In this document: positions 1 to 9,541 of the stretch, piece by piece
Position numbering within the stretch: the stretch's first letter is position 1
Layout of the letters: the number at the start of each line of letters is the position of its first letter
Virus record (IMG/VR): IMGVR_UViG_3300023210_000031
Span: 395-64,394 of that record
Origin: a virus
Lineage: Duplodnaviria > Caudoviricetes
Direction: 5' to 3' (one strand)
Length of the DNA: 64,000 nucleotides
Position numbers and translations under genes: made by a program
The notes under the pieces: generated by a model
Seen by the model: only the letters and a program-made list of their open reading frames with translations
The model's database searches: none
Told to the model about the DNA's origin: nothing

Positions 1-166
1 TCTTCTTTGTCTTAGCTTGCTTCTTCTTGAGCTGCTTGGTATCCTCAATCATACCGAATACCATCTTGATGTCTGATGGTGTGATGTACTTATGTAGGTA
101 GTATCGTTGCTTGAGTTTACCTAGCTCTTCCTTCTGTTCATCATTTAAATTTCTATACTCGCTCAT
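1..166 (-). CDS. Lys-rich hypothetical protein, truncated by window edge
   Basis: Own translation MSEYRNLNDEQKEELGKLKQRYY... open to position 1; ACTACTCA late-like motif 5 nt before ATG. Confidence 0.5.
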   Translation of the reverse strand, partial: MSEYRNLNDEQKEELGKLKQRYYLHKYITPSDIKMVFGMIEDTKQLKKKQAKTKK

Positions 167-241
167 AAAAGTGAGTAGTCCAAAGATGGAACCAATCTTG
201 TTTCCTTGATAATCGATTGTATTATAAGACCAGGGCATATG

Positions 242-520
242 TTATTCTCCTTGTTGGGTGGGTTCTTGGTAAATTTCACCATCGGGTGTTACGTACGGTT
301 GGTAGAGAGCTAACTGCTTCTCTAAGTTATAGATGGCATTGTTTGCATCTTTGATGTTCTGCTTATAGCGGTCATAGGTTTTGCCTTTGCCGCCATACTG
401 ATCCCTATGAGATACGGCACGTTCTAAATCCTTTTTATATGCCTCGATAAGAATCTTAAGATCAGCAGGAAAGGTATGGTTCTCTGGGGTGTACAACAGT
501 CTTAGTGTTACTTGTAACAT
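242..520 (-). CDS. hypothetical protein
   Basis: ORF; GAGGAG RBS favours MLQVT start. Confidence 0.6.
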   Translation of the reverse strand: MLQVTLRLLYTPENHTFPADLKILIEAYKKDLERAVSHRDQYGGKGKTYDRYKQNIKDANNAIYNLEKQLALYQPYVTPDGEIYQEPTQQGE

Positions 521-524
521 TGTT

Positions 525-755
525 TTATTTCTCCTCGGGAGTTTCGTTGATCCAATTGTGGAGGTAGGCATTCCGTTCGAAGTCCCGAGCCTCCCGCTCT
601 TCTCTATCTCTATGGTTTCTCTCGTGTAAGAGTGCTTCGAGTAGCTGGTCTAGCATCTCTGTTCTGAGGTGGACCTCATTATTGATAATGTCCTTAGCGG
701 CGAGATTGATGATGGTCCGCTTTGTTGTTGTATCATAGTTTCTGAAGTAAGACAT
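525..755 (-). CDS. hypothetical protein
   Basis: Tightly packed ORF, AAGGA RBS. Confidence 0.6.
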   Translation of the reverse strand: MSYFRNYDTTTKRTIINLAAKDIINNEVHLRTEMLDQLLEALLHERNHRDREEREARDFERNAYLHNWINETPEEK

Positions 756-767
756 TATTTATCCTTT

Positions 768-953
768 CTAGAATCGAGCCAAGTTGGCTGTATCTTCCAT
801 GGAGAAGGACCAGTCTTTGGTCCATGCCCACCATACTTGGCAGCGCCCGTCTTCGCCGGCTTCCAATACAACGCCTATCTTGGCTTGATCGCCGCTGGTG
901 TTAATCACCAATTGGTGTGGCTTGATGTTCTCTAGTGTTTCGTCATTGATCAT
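768..953 (-). CDS. small SH3/KOW-like beta-barrel protein
   Basis: QLV...IGVV...QVWW pattern shared with paralogs. Confidence 0.5.
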   Translation of the reverse strand: MINDETLENIKPHQLVINTSGDQAKIGVVLEAGEDGRCQVWWAWTKDWSFSMEDTANLARF

Positions 954-1132
954 ATTGTTATTGCTACCTTTCGTACTGGGCGACCTTCTGCCTCTTCTCG
1001 ATCACGTCGCTCCATTTCTGCAACATTGGCGAGTCGCCACTCGCTGGGTCGCTTCCATGCTGCTATCTCAGCCGCTCGCTCTGCTCGTTGTTCTTGCCAC
1101 TTTGCTTTCATTGCTTCAGTCATCTTTGTCAT
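950..1132 (-). CDS. hypothetical protein
   Basis: AGGAG RBS before MTKMTEAM. Confidence 0.55.
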   Translation of the reverse strand: MTKMTEAMKAKWQEQRAERAAEIAAWKRPSEWRLANVAEMERRDREEAEGRPVRKVAITI

Positions 1133-1149
1133 TGTATTGCTCCTAGGGT

Positions 1150-1383
1150 TTAGTGGGTGATGGTTACTGGGCGAACTGTTCGCCGTTGATACTCCTCGGT
1201 GGTCCCGTCTTCGAATGCCAGCTTGACATCGACACTCTTCCATTGTGCCATGGGGATCCATGTCTCTGCTGCTTTACCTATCCACTGGTATCGGTCTGAC
1301 TGGGGATCCAAGACAAGCACGGATGTGCCTTTCTCGATGGCTTTGTATGTGTATACTCCCTGGTGTCGTTCATAGTTAGTCAT
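1150..1383 (-). CDS. hypothetical protein
   Basis: ORF coupled to upstream gene, GGAG RBS. Confidence 0.55.
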   Translation of the reverse strand: MTNYERHQGVYTYKAIEKGTSVLVLDPQSDRYQWIGKAAETWIPMAQWKSVDVKLAFEDGTTEEYQRRTVRPVTITH

Positions 1384-1570
1384 TGGATTCTCCCGTGGTG
1401 ATAAGGCTAAGTGATTGTGCTCGGTGTGATGTGCTCCAGTGTGCTCGACCTAGGTGCCGACCGTCGGCTCGTGTCCACTTGACATGGTACCAGTATGTAT
1501 CTGTTACACTCTCCACAATGCCGGACCAGTTCTTATGCACATGTCTTACAATATCACCAGGCTTAAACAT
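1376..1570 (-). CDS. small SH3/KOW-like protein
   Basis: FKPGDIV...SGIV...HVKW. Confidence 0.55.
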   Translation of the reverse strand: MFKPGDIVRHVHKNWSGIVESVTDTYWYHVKWTRADGRHLGRAHWSTSHRAQSLSLITTGESND

Positions 1571-1758
1571 AGTCTAGTCCTAGGTTAGCTAGCTGCTCTT
1601 GGAGGACGGCAAATTTGAGTAAGTCAGTATCATCATCCATATTATACTCTGGATTAGATAGTACCCATTCATTCTCGTCTTTGCTCGGAGGTAAAGGTGT
1701 TCCCATAATGCTAATGTTTTCATTGTAGTATCTCATAATCTTATATCCTCTTCTTAAG

Positions 1759-1953
1759 TTAAACAGTTAAGTCGTAATCGTGAAAGTGTTCTAGGGTGGC
1801 TAGCCAACTATAGCCTGGCTGATCTTGCCGTTGAATCCTGCCCTCGTCAATATCCCAGTAATTGACCATTGCTACTTGCTGACCAAGCTTGGTTACTAGA
1901 CCGATCTCCTGGGTGCGCTTGTTCTTCACTAATGATCCTACTTTGATATCCAT
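1759..1953 (-). CDS. small SH3/KOW-like protein
   Basis: IKVGSLV...IGLV...VNYW. Confidence 0.55.
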   Translation of the reverse strand: MDIKVGSLVKNKRTQEIGLVTKLGQQVAMVNYWDIDEGRIQRQDQPGYSWLATLEHFHDYDLTV

Positions 1954-2174
1954 TATAGTAAGCCTTTCTTGCCCAGGTTAAGGTCGGCACAGATCCGATT
2001 ATTGTTAATCAACATCTCGGCAACACGGGTATACTCTACGCGCAAGTGCTCGATCACGCCCATGTCCACCAATGCCTGAAAGAGGTCGATGGTTTGATCA
2101 TCGCTCAGTTTGCCCCACTCATAGGCATTGAGGTACGTGCTAAGGGTGTTAAGGTTAAGGTCTTTGATATCCAT
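1953..2174 (-). CDS. hypothetical phage protein
   Basis: Translationally coupled ORF. Confidence 0.6.
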   Translation of the reverse strand: MDIKDLNLNTLSTYLNAYEWGKLSDDQTIDLFQALVDMGVIEHLRVEYTRVAEMLINNNRICADLNLGKKGLL

Positions 2175-2407
2175 TATAGGTCTCCTCGCTTCTGGTTCCA
2201 GTCCAAGTTGCTCTCCTCGTTGGTGTCGTAATAGCTAGACTCCTCGAAGAGGGGAGCATAGCAAGCTTCACGGTCGTCCAACTCTGCCGCGACGGCAGCA
2301 TACAACTCGCCTAGCATCTCGTCGTCGAGGTGCTCAACAAACCGGGTTACATCTCGTGCCGCGAATCGTAACATGCTTAGCTGGGTGCTGGTGAGGTGCT
2401 TGGTCAT
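2174..2407 (-). CDS. hypothetical protein, first gene after promoter
   Basis: GGAAGGA RBS before MTKHL. Confidence 0.55.
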   Translation of the reverse strand: MTKHLTSTQLSMLRFAARDVTRFVEHLDDEMLGELYAAVAAELDDREACYAPLFEESSYYDTNEESNLDWNQKRGDL

Positions 2408-2446
2408 GGTGATCTGTCCTTCCAAAGTGATCTCTCTATATGATCT

Positions 2447-2475
2447 ACTGTAGCAGAGTGATCTCTATCTGTCAA
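2447..2475 (-). promoter_or_regulatory. sigma70-type promoter TTGACA-N17-TACAGT, GATC in spacer
   Basis: Hexamers read directly; GATC at 2460. Confidence 0.7.
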
Positions 2476-2793
2476 GCATATAATCAAGAAAAAGCACTAG
2501 ATCTGTGATATAAATCACACCCTAAAATGCTTAGCAATTCCGTACCCTTACAAGGGGGAGCTATTTATTATATAAAAGAACGAAGGGGTATTGACAGACT
2601 ACTTATATTGTGACTAGATACTACTAGCTTTTTCACTATATCCCAGTACCTCATTAGTATCCCTTGCTTACCCTTATCCCTTATATTTATATAACCTTAT
2701 TATACTATACAGGCACCACCACTTCTACTGTTAGAGCTTTGTAGCCCCAACTACTCCTTTCCCCCCTTATATAATAATAAAACTAAGCCCGTT

Positions 2794-2832
2794 TTGGCTG
2801 CTCATTGGCTGCTCATTGGCTGCTCATTGGCT
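2794..2832. repeat. 11-bp tandem repeat TTGGCTGCTCA x3.5
   Basis: Exact copies at 2794, 2805, 2816, partial at 2827. Confidence 0.9.
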
Positions 2833-2860
2833 AGTTCTTGGCTGGTAAGCTGGGCTCGCT

Positions 2861-3265
2861 TTATCGCCTGTATTTACCTCCCTCAATATCAGTAATCACA
2901 AAGGCAATCTTCTCCCGCTCTGCTTGCTCTTTCTTGGCTAGCTGTAAGGCTTGCTCTTCCCTCTTTGCTTGGTATCTATGTACATGTACTCCTACAGAGA
3001 AGGAACTCTTGAACATAGCGAACAAGCATATTGCTCCTAAGATTATTGAGTGTATTATAACTGCTAGCTCTAATGGATCAGCTTTCTCCATCATCAATAC
3101 TTCTACAGCTAACAATGTAGATACTATAAACAATCCATAAGACAATACACATAACATTACTGGGTATGCTATATGATACTTCTCTTTTGCTAACTCTGTC
3201 TTCATTAGGTTATTGTCTATCTTGTTTGCTATACTACCTAATATGTTTTTTATTTTTTGTATCAT
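2861..3265 (-). CDS. membrane protein (2 TM)
   Basis: Two hydrophobic segments. Confidence 0.6.
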   Translation of the reverse strand: MIQKIKNILGSIANKIDNNLMKTELAKEKYHIAYPVMLCVLSYGLFIVSTLLAVEVLMMEKADPLELAVIIHSIILGAICLFAMFKSSFSVGVHVHRYQAKREEQALQLAKKEQAEREKIAFVITDIEGGKYRR

Positions 3266-3425
3266 CGCTTATTATTTCTCCTTGCTGATGCTTATTATCT
3301 TTACTTGGTTGCTGGCTTGCTCGCCTTGCCTCTTGGCTAGCGTTCGAAGTCTTGCCATCAAGTATGGTATTACCGGGACCATTCCCAATACTGCTGCTAT
3401 TTCAATTGGACATATATGAATCATT

Positions 3426-3620
3426 CTATTCCTTCTTACCTAATGTTTCTTTATAGTGCTTATCACACAATGAGCTTCCGTCTTTTCCTTGCCACTCTTT
3501 CTTCTCAAAGCAGTGATCACATTTGTTCTGGAAGTCTATCTCTACCATAAGCATTCTATATGCTATCTGTAATATCTTTCTCTTTAGCTTCTGGATATTC
3601 ATAATATTTATTTCTTTCAC
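3426..3620 (-). CDS. small Cys/His (Zn-finger-like) protein
   Basis: CDHC...LCDKH. Confidence 0.45.
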   Translation of the reverse strand: MKEINIMNIQKLKRKILQIAYRMLMVEIDFQNKCDHCFEKKEWQGKDGSSLCDKHYKETLGKKE

Positions 3621-4360
3621 TCTCGGCTTAATTCTTCCAAGAGATGCTCGTATGTGCTGCTGTGGTGGTATACTTGCACCACTGTTCCGCCAGCCGACAA
3701 TACTGCTTTGGCTAGCGAGTGATCGTTGCCTCCAACCTCACACTTGTCGCCAAAGAAAACAATCTCTTTGCCGATGATGCCCTTGCTTGACTGTAGGTAG
3801 TCCAAGACTTGTGACTTGTCCTTCCCCTTGAGGCTTATGTCGATGCTTATCTCTCCCCCTACTGAAAAGTCATAATCACTGTGCCTCTGGCTCATCCTCT
3901 CTACAAAGGCTTCTCTCTCTTTCTCAACCTTATCAAAGGAAGCATACTTCTTTCGCTCTGTATGGGGTATGAGGCGACCACAGGATGAAACATTGATCAT
4001 TCCTACCCTTCTCTCTATGTGATTGCCATACCTTAGCGGGAAATTGCTCTTTCTTATGAAATCACCACAGTCAGATAGCAACTGGTTATCTTCTGGAAAC
4101 TCGTTGGTGTATACCACCTTCCCACTCTCCGAGTATTGGTTACCTAGGCAAGTGAACACTCCCGTGAACTTGGCTATGACTTCCTTTGGTAGCTGCTCTT
4201 CCAACTTCTCTGGGTCTGAGCCTGTTACAATATAGCGATGAGCTGCTGATGGGAGGGCTAGCCATTCCGTAAGCAGTTGTAGCTCCTTCTTTGTTATCCT
4301 TTTTCTAGGCTCCGTCAGTGTGCCATCAACATCAAAAAGATATATACGATTCTCGCTCAT
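3617..4360 (-). CDS. HAD-IIB hydrolase, eukaryote-type phosphomannomutase-like
   Basis: FDVDGTLT, VTGSD, GGEISIDI, FFGDK..GGND motifs. Confidence 0.85.
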   Translation of the reverse strand: MSENRIYLFDVDGTLTEPRKRITKKELQLLTEWLALPSAAHRYIVTGSDPEKLEEQLPKEVIAKFTGVFTCLGNQYSESGKVVYTNEFPEDNQLLSDCGDFIRKSNFPLRYGNHIERRVGMINVSSCGRLIPHTERKKYASFDKVEKEREAFVERMSQRHSDYDFSVGGEISIDISLKGKDKSQVLDYLQSSKGIIGKEIVFFGDKCEVGGNDHSLAKAVLSAGGTVVQVYHHSSTYEHLLEELSRE

Positions 4361-4704
4361 TACTCCTCCTCGCTGTCGTAGGGCAGCCCCAACATGCCTG
4401 CTGCATAGAGATCAGCATCGAGCTCGGCATCGGCAATATCATAATATTGCTTCCCCTTCTCGGTATTTTCGTGGCATTTCTGTAGTCGCTCGTAATAGAG
4501 AGGGAGGGCTTCCATTGTCAACTCACTACAGGAGTGTTCCACATAGCTAGCCTTAATCCATATGGGGCTAAAGTTTCCCCAATTCCACCATCGGATCAGA
4601 TACAGAGAGCGACCCTCGTCCTTGCCGCAAATCAAGCCTACGTCGTCTGGCCATTCTCGGTCGTATATTATGGTCCCAACCTCGACCTTTAGTGGCTCTC
4701 TCAA
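4360..4704 (-). CDS. SH3-like paralog
   Basis: VGTIIYDREWPDDVGLI, closely resembles 5166..5519. Confidence 0.6.
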   Translation of the reverse strand: MREPLKVEVGTIIYDREWPDDVGLICGKDEGRSLYLIRWWNWGNFSPIWIKASYVEHSCSELTMEALPLYYERLQKCHENTEKGKQYYDIADAELDADLYAAGMLGLPYDSEEE

Positions 4705-4726
4705 AGCATCTCCCGAGCTAGCAGCC

Positions 4727-4754
4727 TAAGCAGTAAGCAATAAGCAGTAAGCAG
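4727..4754. repeat. 7-bp tandem repeat TAAGCA(G/A) x4
   Basis: Read directly, intergenic. Confidence 0.85.
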
Positions 4755-4775
4755 GCTCGTTGGAAAAATTACCGC

Positions 4776-4799
4776 GAAAAAATCGGGGCGATCTTTTAT
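4776..4799. repeat. 24-bp direct repeat copy 1 GAAAAAATCGGGGCGATCTTTTAT
   Basis: Identical to 6792..6815. Confidence 0.9.
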
Positions 4800-4914
4800 A
4801 CATCTTATAACATTACCATAACACAATACTCTTTGTCAAGTCTTTTCTAAAACAATCTAAAAATACCAACGATACAGGCTACTATCACTACCACATAACC
4901 TATCCCTACCACGG

Positions 4915-5166
4915 TTACAAACAGTTCCATTTGCCTTTCGTCGTTATCCCCAACTTCACATTTGTTACTCTGACTTCTGACTCTTTCAACTTGAGCCTGA
5001 GCTTTTTATTCTTTTCCTTCTCTCGCTTCAATTTTGCCTTACAGTCATCAAGAGTCTCAAGCAGGTTCTTCACATCAGTATAGCTGCTTATGGTATGCTT
5101 CTTTATCTCTCTTATGTCCTTCTCCTTAAGCACACGAGGGAAAGTCGGTTCCTTATTCTTTGCCAT
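4915..5166 (-). CDS. basic coiled-coil hypothetical protein
   Basis: GGAG RBS, Lys-rich. Confidence 0.55.
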   Translation of the reverse strand: MAKNKEPTFPRVLKEKDIREIKKHTISSYTDVKNLLETLDDCKAKLKREKEKNKKLRLKLKESEVRVTNVKLGITTKGKWNCL

Positions 5167-5519
5167 TATAAAACATCTCCTTTACTCGGCTGCTCTTCGG
5201 ATACAACAACACAGCCCTCTTCCACATACCACTGTAGCATCCAATAGCATCTGTTTTCCTCACCAATGTGGTTGAACACATACACCCTGTATGGGTCTTC
5301 CCTGCTTTCATCCACAGCCACTATCAAGCCGAAGTCATCCGGATGCTCTTTATCCTGGATGAGATCTCCCTTCTTGAGGGTGGGTGTTCTTGGACTAGCC
5401 CAGGTTCGCCGGTCTTCATCAACTGGTGCTGGTGCCATTGAGCGATCATACGAGCTAGACTCCGAGGGATACCAATTGACGAATGTCGTCTCTTCGGGTG
5501 GCTTACTCTTCTTCGTCAA
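5166..5519 (-). CDS. SH3-like paralog
   Basis: KGDLIQDKEHPDDFGLIV. Confidence 0.6.
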   Translation of the reverse strand: MTKKSKPPEETTFVNWYPSESSSYDRSMAPAPVDEDRRTWASPRTPTLKKGDLIQDKEHPDDFGLIVAVDESREDPYRVYVFNHIGEENRCYWMLQWYVEEGCVVVSEEQPSKGDVL

Positions 5520-5742
5520 GGAAAAGGTACTCGTTCATTGACTGGAGGGTGGTGAGGGAGTCTTCTGCCGAGGCAAGCTTATCTACCAGCCCGGCGATTT
5601 CCTCCACGATGGTTGAATGATCAGCCACAGCTATTGGTTCATTGATATACATATGTAATGTTACCCGGTGGCGGGCAATCTCTGCTTCGTAGCGGCTGGC
5701 TACGGCATCGAACAGTTCTTTCTTTCTAGCTTTTGAAACCAT
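5503..5742 (-). CDS. small helical phage protein
   Basis: GGAG RBS; P.AVADH..IVEE helical pattern. Confidence 0.6.
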   Translation of the reverse strand: MVSKARKKELFDAVASRYEAEIARHRVTLHMYINEPIAVADHSTIVEEIAGLVDKLASAEDSLTTLQSMNEYLFLDEEE

Positions 5743-5760
5743 GTTGTCTCTCCTTCTCTT

Positions 5761-6036
5761 TTACCAGGTAATGCCGTACAGCCAGTCTCTCATGCTCCTG
5801 CTGTTGGCTAAGTATGCGTCGTGATGGTAGTGCTCTCCATCTGGCATTATGATTATATAATCTTCAGTCCTACAATTGGGATCGTTAGGGTACCAGCCGG
5901 ACAGCGGAGAAGCTGAATCTTCGTTAACCAAAGTGTAATTCAGCTTCTCCAAGCCCGGCTCAAGACTATACCTCTTACACAAATCAAGATACTTCTCTAC
6001 CTGTTTCCAAGTTATCCTTCTTGTGCCATCGCTCAT
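5761..6036 (-). CDS. hypothetical protein
   Basis: ORF in operon. Confidence 0.55.
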   Translation of the reverse strand: MSDGTRRITWKQVEKYLDLCKRYSLEPGLEKLNYTLVNEDSASPLSGWYPNDPNCRTEDYIIIMPDGEHYHHDAYLANSRSMRDWLYGITW

Positions 6037-6040
6037 AAGC

Positions 6041-6235
6041 CTAGCTTATGTCTCTGGGTTGGATGTAATCAATCTCCCGCTTCAGGGTGTTGAGGAGCTG
6101 TTCGACTGATTCTAGACGGTCCAAGCATCGTGCCTCAATCTCGTTGATTTTATCGATGATGATATCACAATCATCAATCTTCTTACCGATAAGAGAGCCC
6201 TCTGCTACTGCTAACAAACTATTATTTTCTTTCAT
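6041..6235 (-). CDS. coiled-coil hypothetical protein
   Basis: ORF in operon. Confidence 0.5.
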   Translation of the reverse strand: MKENNSLLAVAEGSLIGKKIDDCDIIIDKINEIEARCLDRLESVEQLLNTLKREIDYIQPRDIS

Positions 6236-6272
6236 TCTCGGATCCTTCTTTTCTTTCTGTTGGGGGTTATGT

Positions 6273-6536
6273 TTATTTGCTGGCAGGGAGTACCTGGCAG
6301 ACTACGTTCTCCTCAGAGAGGAGAAGAGCTTTATCTCGGTTTTCTACTTCACCGGAAATACCTTGTAGGCAAGCGACTTGATTGCCCAGAGCAACCACGA
6401 TGTCACCCGAGTGATAGCGAGACTTGTTATGGTCAGTAACTCGGAAGAAGGCATATGGGGGATTCACAGTCTGTCCCACCTCTGTGGGCTGGACCTGATC
6501 TACCTTTATGTATCCTTCGGCTGGCTTGATAATCAT
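6273..6536 (-). CDS. divergent GroES-like protein
   Basis: IKP..GYI.V start, GDIV, LLLSEENVV end follow the Cpn10 layout. Confidence 0.45.
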   Translation of the reverse strand: MIIKPAEGYIKVDQVQPTEVGQTVNPPYAFFRVTDHNKSRYHSGDIVVALGNQVACLQGISGEVENRDKALLLSEENVVCQVLPASK

Positions 6537-6556
6537 CTTGTGTATCCTTTCGTTCC

Positions 6557-6721
6557 CTACTGGAGGGTGTCTACATCGTCTTCTGGGAGGAGGTATTCAT
6601 TGCCGTCCTCGTCTTTTACTTTATACACTGTGGGCTCCAAGTGGTCAATTATTTCTAACACTTCCACCTTGCCTCCCCATATAACATCACAAATCTTCTC
6701 GCCTATATGGTGCTTACTCAT
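6557..6721 (-). CDS. small SH3-like protein
   Basis: IGEKI...VEVLE...YKVK. Confidence 0.5.
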   Translation of the reverse strand: MSKHHIGEKICDVIWGGKVEVLEIIDHLEPTVYKVKDEDGNEYLLPEDDVDTLQ

Positions 6722-6740
6722 CTCTGTTGCCTTTCTATTC

Positions 6741-6769
6741 ATTATAGCGGATCATTTCCAGTATGTCAA
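6741..6769 (-). promoter_or_regulatory. consensus sigma70 promoter TTGACA-N17-TATAAT, GATC at 6750
   Basis: Perfect hexamers. Confidence 0.85.
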
Positions 6770-6791
6770 GCTAAAAGTAAGTGCTTGGTGT

Positions 6792-6815
6792 GAAAAAATC
6801 GGGGCGATCTTTTAT
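6792..6815. repeat. 24-bp direct repeat copy 2
   Basis: Identical to 4776..4799. Confidence 0.9.
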
Positions 6816-6844
6816 TGTCGTATCTGTCTACCAATGTCTATAAC

Positions 6845-7702
6845 TCATGGCTTTGATACCATCAACACTTCCACGGCTTTCTTCGCTTTAAAGCCGGTAT
6901 CGGTCTTCTTTCTCCTGCCTGCCGTATAAGTGACAGGGAAATCAACCAAGAGAGTCTCTCCCTTCAGTGCCTCAAAGAAGCCGTCATCAAGCTTTCTATT
7001 CGAAAGCATGGCATGAGCTCCCCTACTGGCACAAGAGTGGAAGTGATCAACAACCTTCTTTTGAAATTCGTCATCAGACCGTGTGCCGTAGTTAGTAAAG
7101 CATCCTCTATAGGGCGGATCCAAGAACACATATGAGCCTTTGCCGACCTGGGATAGTGTTTCTGAGAAATCAACGCTCGTCAAAGTACACCGCTGGAGGG
7201 CTTCATTCCAAAGCAAGACATTATCTTTATCGTAAACTTTGTCTTTTTGATTTAGGAGTCCTGCCGGTGTGCCATATCTACCATTAGTATTCTTGTTTAT
7301 CTGCCATATGCCATTGAATCCCGTCTTCATGAGAAAGTATAATGTCGCTGCTTCAGTTGTCTTGTCCCACTGCTGATAATCGTAAGCGTGTTTGTGCCGG
7401 AGGGAGAAATAATACTGCTTCCTTTCCTCTTTGGAGAGAGGAAGATATTCTTTTGATAACTCATCCATCCTAAGAATAAACGACTCCACGTCGCCTTTGA
7501 TGGCTGAGTATATAGACACAATAGACTCGTTAATGTCGTTTAGAAAGAACCTAGCTTCGGGGTTCCTCTTGTATGCCCACACAAACATGGCGCCACCGCC
7601 GCAGAAGGGCTCATGGTAAGAAGAGAACCCAGTCGGCAAGTGCTCCTGGTACTTTTTGAGCATTTTGGTTTTGCCGCCAGCCCAGATGAATAATGGCTTC
7701 AT
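6845..7702 (-). CDS. dam: D12-class (Dam-family) N6-adenine DNA methyltransferase
   Basis: WAGGK, EPFCGGGA, NDIN, FNG, LDPPY motifs. Confidence 0.92.
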   Translation of the reverse strand: MKPLFIWAGGKTKMLKKYQEHLPTGFSSYHEPFCGGGAMFVWAYKRNPEARFFLNDINESIVSIYSAIKGDVESFILRMDELSKEYLPLSKEERKQYYFSLRHKHAYDYQQWDKTTEAATLYFLMKTGFNGIWQINKNTNGRYGTPAGLLNQKDKVYDKDNVLLWNEALQRCTLTSVDFSETLSQVGKGSYVFLDPPYRGCFTNYGTRSDDEFQKKVVDHFHSCASRGAHAMLSNRKLDDGFFEALKGETLLVDFPVTYTAGRRKKTDTGFKAKKAVEVLMVSKP

Positions 7703-8205
7703 GATAATCGCCTCTTGACTGTGTTAGCTAGTTCTCGTACATTTGAGCTGGTTAGGATAAAATATTGTTCTGGTTCTAGGAACTCTCTAAATTCGTTTCT
7801 ATACTTTTCTGGATTTATTGTAGATACTTTTCCCTTCTTCGAACGTGTTTCAAAAGGCTTTTTAGCAGCAAAAGTTCTTCCAGAGAAGACGATAAGGGGG
7901 AGATATCCTGCCTTCTCGACTTTCCCGTTAGCTACATACCGGTAGCATCTCTCGTGAGCATTTCCGCCGTTGAGACCTAGCTTATCATCAATGACAAGCT
8001 TTTTACCGTTTCTCAGATTCTCTATCAAAAGTTCAGGCTGGATTGTGGTTTTGCCAATAGCTATTTTAGGCTTCTTTCTTATCGAGTATTCTGTCGGGCT
8101 TAAGCTCTCTGTAAGCAAAGAATGAGTTCTTGCTTCGTTTTTTGAGGCTCTCTTGCCTGTATCGGTCTGCCAGTTTTCTCGTTCTGATAAATGTTTTGCT
8201 GCCAT
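7699..8205 (-). CDS. putative type II restriction endonuclease, MunI/EcoRI-like
   Basis: PE..IDDK then GNAHER; overlaps MTase start by 4 nt. Confidence 0.65.
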   Translation of the reverse strand: MAAKHLSERENWQTDTGKRASKNEARTHSLLTESLSPTEYSIRKKPKIAIGKTTIQPELLIENLRNGKKLVIDDKLGLNGGNAHERCYRYVANGKVEKAGYLPLIVFSGRTFAAKKPFETRSKKGKVSTINPEKYRNEFREFLEPEQYFILTSSNVRELANTVKRRLS

Positions 8206-8315
8206 GTAAATCTCCTAATCCTAAGTTGGTTCCAAAGCTTTCCCTTAGCGAAAGGAAAAGAAACTCCAAGGGAAAGCTTCGAAATGAGAAGTGTGCTATT
8301 TTTTAAAACAATTCA

Positions 8316-9299
8316 TTATAAACTTCGGTCATATCGGTCTAACAAGCTATCTTTGCCAATCTTTTTGGTCGGATATCCCAAGCCTAAATCCTTGTTTGCC
8401 TGCTTGAACTTTGACAAAATCCCCATCGAGATAGAAAACCCATCTCTGTTGACTTTCGACCCGCCCTCGGTTTTACATGAGCGAGAAAATTGTGACAAAG
8501 ATTGCTGAGAGGTCATTCCCGTAAACCACTTCGAAAACTCAGGGCTCCTAACGAGAGGTGTGTGGGTCATAAATAGCATAGACAAGGCAATAAAGAGTTG
8601 ATTAGGAAAAGCACTATCTTCTGGCTTTTCTAGTTGTCCAGTTGATCTCAGTATTCCAACAGCTTCCTTCCCAAGGGAAACATTTTCATCTCCAAGGATC
8701 GACATGACTGTCTCAGCGGATCCGACCTTAACTCGTGGTCCGTCGGGATCTCCGACACTTCCATTCTGCTCGCCGGAGCAATATACCGATAGACCCATTT
8801 GACCGATCTGTTGAGCTAGCTTCTTTTTGGCTCTGGCTCCGGACAAGACCTCATGGACAAAAACCTCTTCCCGCCTCAAGTCTGTACGACAGAGCTTGTT
8901 TTTCTCGACAAACCTTCTGTGAATCTCCCCTTTGCTTTCTACATCCACCACCCTAGCTAGCATCATATCTTCGTCTGGGTATGCTAGCTGAAAAATGTGC
9001 CTGGAGTGATCTCCGTCGTAAAGAATCCTCGTTCCATCAGGCAATCTTCCAACGGTGGGAGGATCCCATTTATCTGATTTGAAGCCACCGCCGTTCTTCA
9101 AGATTTTAGAGATGTTTGAATCTAAAGTATCTCGGTTTATCAAAGATTCTATTTTAACGGGGACGAGCTCAAGCTGTCGAAAGTAAGACTCTTTGCTCGG
9201 AGGTGGCACATACCCTGGTTTTGCCGCTTCCCGTAGCCTTAGTTCTTTATCAGGTCCAATTTCTTTTCCGGTTGATTTTTCAATTATCGTGTTTGACAT
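8316..9299 (-). CDS. ParB/Srx-like N-terminal domain protein
   Basis: P.VG..PDG...YDGDHSR, F...N motif. Confidence 0.65.
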   Translation of the reverse strand: MSNTIIEKSTGKEIGPDKELRLREAAKPGYVPPPSKESYFRQLELVPVKIESLINRDTLDSNISKILKNGGGFKSDKWDPPTVGRLPDGTRILYDGDHSRHIFQLAYPDEDMMLARVVDVESKGEIHRRFVEKNKLCRTDLRREEVFVHEVLSGARAKKKLAQQIGQMGLSVYCSGEQNGSVGDPDGPRVKVGSAETVMSILGDENVSLGKEAVGILRSTGQLEKPEDSAFPNQLFIALSMLFMTHTPLVRSPEFSKWFTGMTSQQSLSQFSRSCKTEGGSKVNRDGFSISMGILSKFKQANKDLGLGYPTKKIGKDSLLDRYDRSL

Positions 9300-9421
9300 A
9301 AAACACTCCTCATCTCAGGCTTCTAATCGCCCCTCTGAAGGTTGAATGTGGTATCGTACTTTTTCCTCAGAAGTTTTCGGACACCAGCTTTGTTGCTCTG
9401 CCTTATTGCTGAACATACTTT

Positions 9422-9450
9422 ATTATACCCGATCACTTTCATTATGTCAA
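9422..9450 (-). promoter_or_regulatory. consensus sigma70 promoter of ParB-REase-Dam operon, GATC at 9431
   Basis: TTGACA-N17-TATAAT. Confidence 0.85.
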
Positions 9451-9541
9451 GCATATAATCGGTGTTTTTTTACTTTTTTTATAACCTCTTGATTTATAAC
9501 AGGTTTTATTTTTACAGATCTGGATCAGATCTGCTTAGAAT

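Noticed and set aside
2794-2832. Tandem repeats as a possible CRISPR array
   Set aside because: 11-bp units with no spacers; no cas genes in window
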